In this document: positions 1 to 7,712 of the stretch, piece after piece
How positions within the stretch are numbered: position 1 is the stretch's first letter
Layout of the letters: each line of letters starts with the position of its first letter
NCBI GenBank assembly: GCA_046485285.1
Contig: JAWOHE010000059.1
Location: 1-13,852 of the forward strand
DNA: 13,852 nt
From: a bacterium
GTDB taxonomy: Bacteria; Hydrothermota; Tepidihabitantia; Tepidihabitantales; Tepidihabitantaceae
Direction: 5' to 3'
Notes under the pieces: model-generated
What the model was told of the DNA's origin: nothing
The model's input: the letters and a program-made list of their open reading frames with translations, nothing else
Database searches by the model: none
Translations under genes and position numbers: made by a program

Positions 1-2
1 AC

Positions 3-644
3 CCGCCGACGTCGGGCGGGGTCTGGTGGCACCACGACGCGGCGAACCGCCGGCTGATTGTCCAGTACGACTCGATGCCGTACTACTCGAGCCGGAACGT
101 CTACGAGTGGTTCCAGGTCGTTATCTACGACACGACGCTGGCGGCGCCGGACGGCAACAGCGTGTTCACTTACCAGTACCTGACCGCGAACAACTACGCT
201 TCGACGACGACCGGCATCAACGACTCGACGACCGCAATCGGCATCGAGTGCCTGTTCAACGGTGTCTACCATCGCGGATCCCTGCCAATCGAGTCCGGCC
301 GGGCAATCAAGTTCACAACCGAGGAACCAATGACCGGTGTGGTTGACTCGCCGAAACCCGCCGGGCTCGACCGGCTCCCGCTGGTGGTGTCACCCAACCC
401 ATTCAGCCGAACGGCAACGGTCCGCTACAGCCTGGCGCGTGATACTGACGTCAACCTGCGAGTCTATGATGCAGCAGGCCGCTCGGTCCGCACGCTGCAG
501 GGGGGCCCGATGCGCGCCGGCAGTCACCGAACGGTCTGGAACGGAGCCGACGACTCGGGCCGACGGGTTGCCCACGGAGTCTACTTCGTACGCCTCGATA
601 CCCACTGCCAAGCGCTCAAGGTCAAGGTCATCCTGACCGACTGA
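3..644 (+). CDS. 3' part of a secreted protein with a C-terminal FlgD-Ig/T9SS type A sorting-like domain (5'-truncated by window)
   Basis: The frame of ORF 75..644 is open back to base 3 (PPTSGGVWWHHDAANRRLIVQYDSMPYY...). The C-terminus has the CTD pattern SPNPF..TATVRYSL..VNLRVYDAAGRSVRTL..WNGADDSGRRVAHGVYFVRL..KVI. Confidence 0.85.
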   Translation, partial: PPTSGGVWWHHDAANRRLIVQYDSMPYYSSRNVYEWFQVVIYDTTLAAPDGNSVFTYQYLTANNYASTTTGINDSTTAIGIECLFNGVYHRGSLPIESGRAIKFTTEEPMTGVVDSPKPAGLDRLPLVVSPNPFSRTATVRYSLARDTDVNLRVYDAAGRSVRTLQGGPMRAGSHRTVWNGADDSGRRVAHGVYFVRLDTHCQALKVKVILTD

Positions 645-660
645 CGAAAGGCCGCAAAGA

Positions 661-694
661 AGTGCCGGGCGGGGCTGCTACCTCGCCCGGCACT
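661..694. terminator. Putative intrinsic, possibly bidirectional, terminator hairpin between convergent genes
   Basis: AGTGCCGGGCGGGG-ctgcta-CCTCGCCCGGCACT: 14-bp stem with one G-U pair, starting 16 nt after the stop at 644. U-tracts are weak on both strands. Confidence 0.65.
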
Positions 695-781
695 GAGTTC
701 TCTGCCTACGGCTGACGCCGACTTGGCAATCAGGGACGCATCAACCCGGACAGATAACGGCGCGGCGATTCGGAGGCTGGT

Positions 782-3715
782 TCAAGGCCGGCTCTCCAGG
801 AGTACGACCTTCTGTCCGGCTACGGCAGTACCGGAGGGCGTATCGAACACCAGCCGGACGAAGTACACGCCCCGGGCCAACCCGGCGCCCGTGAGCGCGA
901 CACGGTGCTCACCGGCCTTACGCTCCTCGTTAACGATGCAAAGCGCCTCGCGGCCGCTGACGTCGAAGAGCACAAGACGAACCCGGCCGGCCACCGGCAG
1001 GCTGAACCGAAGCTGGGCCCGGTCGGCAAACGGGTTCGGCATCAAGGACAGTTCCGGGCTGGGCAGGACAGGCACAGACGCGCCGGCCATCACCTCATCA
1101 GACCCACCCCCCGGGTGGAGCGGGAGGTCGGCGTTGTAGCGCCAGAATTCGAGCGTCTTGTTCCCTTTGAGGAAGTAGACCTTGCCCGCGCCGTAGGCAA
1201 CCGCACTGCCGGCAGCAGGTGCCTTACCCGAGGGCCCCATCGGGATGGTATCCTGCAGTGCTTCGACCCAAGTGTCGCCGCTGACGTCGAAGTACCACCA
1301 CTCGCTCGACTTGCCGCCTTTGGAGGCCCAGACGCGCCGCGTGACCGGGTCGAACGCAAGAGCGCCGTCCTTCTTGACCTTGCGCTTGCGGCCATAGGCA
1401 CTGAACGGCAGGGCCGGCTTGGCAATCCAGGTATCACCGGCAATCGAGTAGGCGCAGAACTCCTGGTAGTTGGCCTTCAGCAGGTAAATCGTGTCGCCGC
1501 CGTCATAGGCAAGGCAGGAGCCCTGCTTGACCTTGCGACCCTTGGGTCCGGGATGAACGTCAGCCATCGTCAACCACTCATTCGCGGCCAGGTCATACGC
1601 GAAAAACTCCCGGGTGTTCGCCCCCTTCGAGGAGTAAATGCGGTCGCGTGACGCGACGTAGGCCAATCCGCCGCCACCCTTGACCCGGCGGCCGCCGCCC
1701 GGCGGGTATGGTGCAAGGAACAGCCAGCCGGAATCGCCGCTTACCGGGTAACACAGGAAGTCATCAGTGTTGTTGCCCTTGAGGGCGAAGACGCGGCCGG
1801 GCGCTGTCGTCAGTCTCGCCCCCTTCTTGACCCGCTTCGCCCGCCCTGATGGACCCTGGCGGGGCACGGAGTCGGCCTGCAGCCAGGTATCGCGCCGCAC
1901 ATCGTAGCAGTAGAACTCGACTGTGTTGTTGCCCTTGAGCCCGAACACTAGCGTGTCGCCGTAACAGACCAGCGACCCACCATCCTTCACGTCCCGTTGG
2001 CGGCTGCCTTCCGTCTGTGGCATCGGGGCGAGCAGTTCCCAGCCGGGAACCGTCGTCACGGATGCGCGGATCGTATCGTTCGCCGGCTCCTGGTCCCCGG
2101 GCATCGCGGTGAAACAGACGATGGAATGCTCGCCGATATCGCGGACCTGCCAGGGAGCAAACTCGACTTCGGCAGAGTCGTAAGGAGCCAGGTCCGCAAC
2201 GTAACGGGCGTCGAAGTAGAAGCTGCCGATGTAGAGCCAGACCGGGAAGCTCAGAGCCACCGACGAGTGGTTGCGGACACGCGCGCGCGGTCGAACCTCG
2301 GCCCAGAGCCTCAGGGTATCGGTCGGCTGGAGCACCTGCGTCGCGCTGACGTCACGCTGACCCAGCTTGAGTACCGCGAAATCCTCGCTGCCTTGGTAGT
2401 AGTCGGTCCCGCCGACATAGACATGGCCGAGCGAGTCGAGCAGGAGCGAGAACGGACTGTCATCCTCGTCGTAGACCCCGGACGAGTGCATCCAGCGGCG
2501 CGTGCCATCCGGGCTGAACTTGAACACGACCCAGTCCGGGCAGCCGGTTACGTCTGGAACTGCCCCGGCGGCATAGACATTGCCCTTGTCATCCAGCGCC
2601 ACCGCCGTGCACGAGTCGTCGTCCTCGAGTCCGGGGTCGAAGACCTGATACCAGGCGGTGTTTCCGTTGGCGTCGATCTTGAACAAGAGGAAGTCCCGCT
2701 CTGAATCCGGGTAATACGCAATAGTGTGCCCGCCGCAGTAGGCGTTGCCGGTCGGGTCAACCGCGATCTCGGTCGCGCAGTCCTCGGTATTGTGGCCGGC
2801 GTCGAACCGGTTGACCCAGCGCCGAGTGCCATCCGGGGCCCAGCACACGGTCGTGGCGTCATACCAGGTCCCCGCCTCGCCGGCGCGGCCGGCGACGTAG
2901 ATGTCTCCGCCCGGGCCAAGCGCCAGTCCGTAGGCTCGATCGTCGCGCGGGTCACCCGGCCCGGCCGAGCCGTTGTAGGTTCGGGTCCAAACCGTATCAC
3001 CATTTGCCGCTTCCAGCTTGACCAGCCAATAGGCGTTGCCATCAGTCGTGCCGGTCCAGGTGTAGCCCGCGGCATAGAGGTGTCCGGCGTCGTCGGATAC
3101 CAGCCTGTAGGCCGCGTCATTGCCATCCGCGGCACCATTGAGCCTGGTTCGCCAGCCCGGCACGTCGTCCGCTGGATACTGGGCGATGATCATGTCCAGA
3201 TTGCCCGAGCTGTTCGAGCTGTATCCTGCGACGTAGCACCCGTTCGCACCGTCCGGAACGACCGCCATTGCCGCATCCGTAAGCAGGTAGTGATAGCGCA
3301 TCCGCCAGGCCTCGGTCCCGTCCGGAAGGTACTTCAGCACCACCCACTCGCTCGTATCGCTGCGGAGCACGCGGATGTTGCCGGTGACGAAGACGTTGCC
3401 TGCGGAATCGATGGCTATCGCTGTCGGAACTGTGGAGTCGCGTGCCCGAAAGGCCCGAGACCAGACGACCTCGCCGTCCTCAGCCGAGAACTTGACCGTG
3501 GAAATCTCATCTTCGAGCGGCGAGTAGGAGATGCGCGAGAAACCGGTGGCAACCACATCTCCCTCCGGAGTCAAGGCCATCGCCAGGATCTCGTCCCGCC
3601 TGTCGCGGCCGGCATCCCACTGTGAACGCCACACCGTGACCTGGCCGGCGGCAATGCCGGCGAAAAGAACAGCAACCGCCAGCGTTGCTCGGACCGCACG
3701 CCCTGAACAAGTCAT
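782..3715 (-). CDS. Secreted multidomain protein: signal peptide, SBBP-like beta-propeller, CARDB/Ig-like domain, Kelch-like propeller, T9SS-like CTD
   Basis: 979-aa ORF. ATG at 3715 is preceded by GAGGAGG (3727-3721) at 5 nt spacing; GTG at 3721 is the alternative start. It has a hydrophobic N-terminus, repeated AIAxDxxGNVYVxG...DxxxxKxxxxG..W blades, a DVSATQVLQP...DQEPANDT segment, six KGNNT-like blades, and a MPNPF...DVSGR...GVYFVRL tail. Confidence 0.88.
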   Translation of the reverse strand: MTCSGRAVRATLAVAVLFAGIAAGQVTVWRSQWDAGRDRRDEILAMALTPEGDVVATGFSRISYSPLEDEISTVKFSAEDGEVVWSRAFRARDSTVPTAIAIDSAGNVFVTGNIRVLRSDTSEWVVLKYLPDGTEAWRMRYHYLLTDAAMAVVPDGANGCYVAGYSSNSSGNLDMIIAQYPADDVPGWRTRLNGAADGNDAAYRLVSDDAGHLYAAGYTWTGTTDGNAYWLVKLEAANGDTVWTRTYNGSAGPGDPRDDRAYGLALGPGGDIYVAGRAGEAGTWYDATTVCWAPDGTRRWVNRFDAGHNTEDCATEIAVDPTGNAYCGGHTIAYYPDSERDFLLFKIDANGNTAWYQVFDPGLEDDDSCTAVALDDKGNVYAAGAVPDVTGCPDWVVFKFSPDGTRRWMHSSGVYDEDDSPFSLLLDSLGHVYVGGTDYYQGSEDFAVLKLGQRDVSATQVLQPTDTLRLWAEVRPRARVRNHSSVALSFPVWLYIGSFYFDARYVADLAPYDSAEVEFAPWQVRDIGEHSIVCFTAMPGDQEPANDTIRASVTTVPGWELLAPMPQTEGSRQRDVKDGGSLVCYGDTLVFGLKGNNTVEFYCYDVRRDTWLQADSVPRQGPSGRAKRVKKGARLTTAPGRVFALKGNNTDDFLCYPVSGDSGWLFLAPYPPGGGRRVKGGGGLAYVASRDRIYSSKGANTREFFAYDLAANEWLTMADVHPGPKGRKVKQGSCLAYDGGDTIYLLKANYQEFCAYSIAGDTWIAKPALPFSAYGRKRKVKKDGALAFDPVTRRVWASKGGKSSEWWYFDVSGDTWVEALQDTIPMGPSGKAPAAGSAVAYGAGKVYFLKGNKTLEFWRYNADLPLHPGGGSDEVMAGASVPVLPSPELSLMPNPFADRAQLRFSLPVAGRVRLVLFDVSGREALCIVNEERKAGEHRVALTGAGLARGVYFVRLVFDTPSGTAVAGQKVVLLESRP

Positions 3716-3717
3716 CG

Positions 3718-3795
3718 TCACCTCCTCAGGCTTGGTACCGACAGTGTGTCTTCGTGATGGTAACCCGGCGCCCGCTGGGCTTGAAGATCTGCCAC
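3718..3795 (-). CDS. Possible 25-aa upstream ORF/leader peptide (MADLQAQRAPGYHHEDTLSVPSLRR)
   Basis: AGGAG (3805-3801) lies 5 nt before GTG 3795. The TGA at 3720-3718 overlaps GTG 3721 and is 2 nt from ATG 3715. Confidence 0.35.
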   Translation of the reverse strand: MADLQAQRAPGYHHEDTLSVPSLRR

Positions 3796-3816
3796 CCTAG
3801 CTCCTGACGCTGAGAC

Positions 3817-3844
3817 AGTATAGACCGCCTGCCCGGGCTGTCAA
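3817..3844 (-). promoter_or_regulatory. sigma70-type promoter for the propeller gene
   Basis: Minus strand TTGACA (3844-3839), 16-nt spacer, TATACT (3822-3817). AT-rich hexamers stand out in this GC-rich DNA. Confidence 0.75.
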
Positions 3845-3878
3845 CATCCAGTCGTCGCGTGACTTGCGCGACGGTGGC

Positions 3879-3906
3879 TTGCTTCGCTTCGGCAATCGCC
3901 TAGACT
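3879..3906 (+). promoter_or_regulatory. sigma70-type promoter, probably giving a leaderless mRNA for the glycosyltransferase
   Basis: TTGCTT (3879-3884), 16-nt spacer, TAGACT (3901-3906); GTG start 6 nt later at 3913; no SD. Confidence 0.6.
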
Positions 3907-3912
3907 GGTGGC

Positions 3913-5817
3913 GTGAACGTGCCGGCGAAGGCGGGCCGCACCGGCATCGCGGTCGCCCTTGGACTGCTCTGCGTGCTCGGGCTGGGCCTGCGGGTCGTCC
4001 ACCTGGCCGGGCTCAGCGAGTCACCCTACTTCACGAGGCCAATGATTGACGGCCAGGCCTATGACCAACTCGCACTGGCGATCCGGGACGGTGCCGCGCC
4101 GGCCCGGCCATTCTACCAGGACCCGCTCTATCCTCACGTCCTTGCGCTCCTCTACCTCATCTTCGGCCACCGGTACCTCGCGGTCTACGTCTTCCAGCTC
4201 GTGCTGGGTCTCGCGGCCATCGCGCTAGTCTTCGACACGACCCGCCGCCTGTTCGAATTCCGGGCCGCGGTCGCGGCTGGACTGCTAACCGCGGTCTACC
4301 CAGTTTTCATCTTCTATGAGGGTGTCATTGAGAAGACGGCGCTTGCCGTCTTCCTGGTCGCACTCGCGGCCTGGGCGACGGCCTGCAGCCTCGCTGAGAA
4401 ACGGGACCGCTGGCCGCCGCTCGCCGGGGTCGCTCTCGGCCTCGCGGCGTTGGTACGCGCCAACCTTCTCGTCCTGGCACCCCTGCTCGTAATGCTCTAC
4501 GCGCTCCGCGGCCAGCGCAGGACGCGCCACGCGCTTATTGCCGCAGCCGCGCTCGCCACGGTCATCGGGCCGGTCGCGCTACGCAACACCATCCTTGCCC
4601 GGGAGCCGCTCCTGACCACGACCCAAGCCGGCCAGAACCTCTACATCGGCAACGGCCCGCACAACCGCACCGGCCAGTACGAAGCTCCACCCTGGCTTCG
4701 GGCAAGCCCGCTCTACGAGGAGACCGACCTCAGGACCTGGGCCGAAACACAATCCGGCCGCGGTCTCGGTTACGGTGAGCTGTCACGGTTCTATCTCAGC
4801 CGGACAATTGAGCAGCTCACGCGCCAGCCAGCCGCGTCGCTTCGGCTTCTCGCCCGCAAGGCCGTCCTCTTCCTGAACCGGACCGAAATACCGGACAACT
4901 ACGACTTGAGCTTCATGGCTCGCCACTCGCCGGTCCTGCGCCTGCCGCTGCCCGGGTTCGCGGTCGTCTTCTCGCTCGGCCTCGCCGGGCTCCTCCTGTT
5001 CTTCCGACGCTCGGCCGCTCATCGCGCTCTCGCGCTCTTCCTCCTGCTCTATGCCGCATCGGTAATCACCTTCTTCGTCCTCGCCCGTTACCGCCTGCCG
5101 GCTGTTGCAGCACTTCTGCCTTTTGCGGGCGGCACGACTGCCCGGCTTCTCGATCTGCTCTTGGCCCGGCGCTACCGGCGGCTCGCAGCCCTGCTCGTGC
5201 TCGTCCTCGCGGGTCTCGCAGTCACGCTGGCCCCGGTACGGACGGCAGACCGACGTAACGAACACGCCCAGAGCCTCGTCAATCTCGCCGCCACCTACTA
5301 TCACGAGGGCGATACCGCGGCTGCAACCCGGACCTATCGCGAGGCACTGGAACTGATGCCTGGCCACCCGCGCGCGGCCCACGGGCTCGGGATGATGATG
5401 CTCGCCCGGGGCGACTACCGGGGCGCGCTCGGGCAGTTCGAGGTGTCAACCGCCGGCCGGCCGACCGACCCGGCGATGTACTACCACCACGGACAGCTCC
5501 TGGAACGCTTCGACCGCAGCGAAGAGGCGCTCCGCTCCTACCGACGGAGTGTCGAGCTCAACCCGGCCGAGCCGAGATACCGCTTCGCGGTCGGTAGCGC
5601 GCTCCAAAGGCTGGGTCGGTTTGGGGAAGCCCTGGCGCTCTACGACACTATGCTGACCCAGACCCCGGATGCAGCGCCGCTCCACCACAACCGTGCGGTC
5701 GCGTTGTTTAATCTCGGCCGACTTCAGGAAGCCGAAGCCGAACTTGAGGCTGTCCGACGGCTGGGCGGGGAAGTCAACCCGGATTTCGAGCGCAGGCTCC
5801 GGATCGAACCACGCTAA
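3913..5817 (+). CDS. GT-C fold membrane glycosyltransferase (ArnT/PMT_2, family 39-like) with C-terminal TPR repeats
   Basis: 634 aa with many TM helices. The first loop has IDGQAYD and FYQDPLYP; a later loop has GQNLYIGN and EIPDNY. About 5 TPR-like repeats lie at the C-terminus (e.g. SLVNLAATYYHEGD..A...YREALELMP). Confidence 0.82.
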   Translation: MNVPAKAGRTGIAVALGLLCVLGLGLRVVHLAGLSESPYFTRPMIDGQAYDQLALAIRDGAAPARPFYQDPLYPHVLALLYLIFGHRYLAVYVFQLVLGLAAIALVFDTTRRLFEFRAAVAAGLLTAVYPVFIFYEGVIEKTALAVFLVALAAWATACSLAEKRDRWPPLAGVALGLAALVRANLLVLAPLLVMLYALRGQRRTRHALIAAAALATVIGPVALRNTILAREPLLTTTQAGQNLYIGNGPHNRTGQYEAPPWLRASPLYEETDLRTWAETQSGRGLGYGELSRFYLSRTIEQLTRQPAASLRLLARKAVLFLNRTEIPDNYDLSFMARHSPVLRLPLPGFAVVFSLGLAGLLLFFRRSAAHRALALFLLLYAASVITFFVLARYRLPAVAALLPFAGGTTARLLDLLLARRYRRLAALLVLVLAGLAVTLAPVRTADRRNEHAQSLVNLAATYYHEGDTAAATRTYREALELMPGHPRAAHGLGMMMLARGDYRGALGQFEVSTAGRPTDPAMYYHHGQLLERFDRSEEALRSYRRSVELNPAEPRYRFAVGSALQRLGRFGEALALYDTMLTQTPDAAPLHHNRAVALFNLGRLQEAEAELEAVRRLGGEVNPDFERRLRIEPR

Positions 5818-5901
5818 CCCACCGGTCCGGCCCGGCGCGCGGACAGGATGAACCGTGGCGGCACTGGAGCCGCCGTGAACAGGAAGCGGGACGCCGCGGC
5901 G

Positions 5902-7566
5902 TCAGCGAAACAGGGTCGGGTTGATTGCCACCGCCCGCTCGATGGCCTCGACCGCCCGTTGCGGCTCGCCGAGGTCGCGGTAAACAATACCGAGGTTGTG
6001 CCAAGCTCCGGCGTGCTTGGGGTTGGAGTCGACTGCGGCCCGGTAGGCCTCCAGCGCCTTGCGCTTCTCGCCCTTGCGGTAGTAGGCCTGACCCATGTTG
6101 TAGTGCGCGCCGGCAAACCTCGGGCTGGCTTCGACCGCGCGCCTGTAGGCATCGATTGCCTCATCCAGATGCTCGTGCTCGAGCAGCGAGTTGCCGAGGT
6201 TATACAGGGCTTCAGCATAGTCTGGCCTGGTACGGAGTGCTTCCTCGAACGCACCCACCGCCCGTTCGTGTTCGCCATTGCGATCGAGCGCCAGCCCAAG
6301 GTTGTTGTAGGCCTCGGCATAGCCAACCCTGAGCCCGATTGCACGCCTGTAGCTGTCAATTGCCTCTTGCCAGCGCGACATGAGGGACCAGGCATTGCCC
6401 TGGACCAGCCAGGTTTCCGGCTGGCGCTGGTCCGAGGCGAGCGCGCGCCGGCAGTGTTCAACCGCCTCCTGGGGCCGACCCTGCCCGACACAGCTAATGG
6501 CCAGCAGTTCGTGGGCATCAGGCAGGTCCGGCTTCATCCCGAGCAGCCAGCGGGCAACCCGCTCGACGTGGGAGTAGGCCCGGTTGCTGACGTAGCCGCG
6601 GGCGAGATGTACGTAGCCATCGACAAGGACATCCGCTGTCGAGAGCCGCCGCACCGTGACGACCGGGACCCGCGCCGCAGGTTCGAGCGGGTCCCACAGT
6701 TCGGCGTCCTGGCCCGGAGCGGCCACCGAGAGGTAGTACCGGCCCTCGCGCACGAGCAACCCGACCCGGAAATCAAGCTTGGCCATCAGGAGCGCATCGA
6801 GCACCGCCAACCCGAAACTTGTGCCGACTCCGCCCGGCCGGAGCCCCAGGAACCCGTCCACCACCTGGGTCAGCAGGAACACCGGTCCGGACCGCCGCCT
6901 GGGCAAGTCGGCCAGCGCCTGGAGCGCCTGGCGCATCAGCCGGTTTCGCTGGCCCTGATTCATCAACCGCGGCCCGCCCGCGGACTCGAGCAGAGCCGCC
7001 ACGCCCGGCCGGCCGATGACCCGGCCGAACGCCTCCTCGATCCGGCGGCCATACTTGACCAGGTCGTCCCGCGCCCGGACCCCGGCCAGCAACAGGAAGC
7101 CGTACCCCAAGGCGGTCGCTTGGCCGAACTCGCGCTCGACCAGCACGATCCCGTCTAGGAACCGGTGCGGACTACTGGTCATGCGCTCGGGCGACAGGTC
7201 GTGACAGCTCGCCAGCTCGAGGAACCGCTGGTCTTCGAGACCAGGCAGGATGCCGACCGCGCGCTGGACCGTAAACTCCTCCTCGTCCGCGTCCAAGTCG
7301 AGCGCGCCGGACCGGGCGAGTGCCAGCCGTGCCTCGGCGTGGCACCGGTTGACCTCGAGTTGCTTCTCGAGAGCCGACAGGGTCCGGAATTCATCCCGGT
7401 CGTGGAGGACCAGGACGCCGCCGTCCCAGCGCAGGGCCGGCTGCCAGCCCGCGATCGCCGCCGGATGAGTAAGAGGCAGAACGCCCGGGTACTCGATCAG
7501 CCGCCCGGCAATCAGGACGTCATTCTGCCGTACCGCGAGTCCCATCCGGATCGCCGTGCTGCTCAT
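5902..7566 (-). CDS. SirB1/transglutaminase-like domain plus multiple TPR repeats
   Basis: The C-terminal ~240 aa are canonical TPRs (AEAYNNLG, AEALYNLG, AGAHYNMG, AGAWHNLG). The central FLLTQVVD..GTSFGLAVL..EGRYYL resembles Transglut_core2. The track start at 7641 overlaps the predicted -10 box, so ATG 7566 (AGGGG upstream) is preferred; ATG 7623 is also possible. Confidence 0.8.
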   Translation of the reverse strand: MSSTAIRMGLAVRQNDVLIAGRLIEYPGVLPLTHPAAIAGWQPALRWDGGVLVLHDRDEFRTLSALEKQLEVNRCHAEARLALARSGALDLDADEEEFTVQRAVGILPGLEDQRFLELASCHDLSPERMTSSPHRFLDGIVLVEREFGQATALGYGFLLLAGVRARDDLVKYGRRIEEAFGRVIGRPGVAALLESAGGPRLMNQGQRNRLMRQALQALADLPRRRSGPVFLLTQVVDGFLGLRPGGVGTSFGLAVLDALLMAKLDFRVGLLVREGRYYLSVAAPGQDAELWDPLEPAARVPVVTVRRLSTADVLVDGYVHLARGYVSNRAYSHVERVARWLLGMKPDLPDAHELLAISCVGQGRPQEAVEHCRRALASDQRQPETWLVQGNAWSLMSRWQEAIDSYRRAIGLRVGYAEAYNNLGLALDRNGEHERAVGAFEEALRTRPDYAEALYNLGNSLLEHEHLDEAIDAYRRAVEASPRFAGAHYNMGQAYYRKGEKRKALEAYRAAVDSNPKHAGAWHNLGIVYRDLGEPQRAVEAIERAVAINPTLFR

Positions 7567-7631
7567 CGAACGCCCCTGGCCCCGCCCGCGCGCGTGAGCG
7601 GCTCGCGACCTGCGGCCGGGCATTCCAACAT
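7563..7631 (-). CDS. Possible 22-aa leaderless upstream ORF (MLECPAAGREPLTRAGGARGVR)
   Basis: ATG 7631 lies 8 nt after the -10 box TAGAAT. Its stop overlaps ATG 7566 as ATGA. Confidence 0.3.
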   Translation of the reverse strand: MLECPAAGREPLTRAGGARGVR

Positions 7632-7639
7632 TGTCGTCC

Positions 7640-7704
7640 ATTCTAGCCCGTCCCTACCACCACTGTCAACCGCCGGTTGACAGCACCGACCGCGCCGGTA
7701 TCCT
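7640..7704. promoter_or_regulatory. Back-to-back divergent sigma70-type promoters
   Basis: Minus strand: TTGACA (7669-7664), 18-nt spacer, TAGAAT (7645-7640). Plus strand: TTGACA (7677-7682), 16-nt spacer, TATCCT (7699-7704). The two -35 boxes form the palindrome CTGTCAACCG-C-CGGTTGACAG (7663-7683). Confidence 0.75.
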
Positions 7705-7712
7705 CGATTCCA

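Noticed and set aside
905..3625. Several 230-300 aa + strand ORFs (905..1651, 1997..2704, 2726..3625)
   Set aside because: They lie antisense to the well-supported propeller gene and have typical shadow-frame composition.
3716..3816. Riboswitch in the leader of the propeller gene
   Set aside because: I could not recognise a known aptamer consensus or a terminator/antiterminator pair. An Rfam scan would settle it.
5848..7158. 436-aa + strand ORF
   Set aside because: Antisense shadow of the TPR gene. It has no recognisable motifs, and long shadow ORFs are expected in high-GC DNA.
7641..7679. ORF-track starts at 7641 (-) and 7677 (+)
   Set aside because: They coincide with the predicted -10 and -35 boxes and so would not be within the transcripts.
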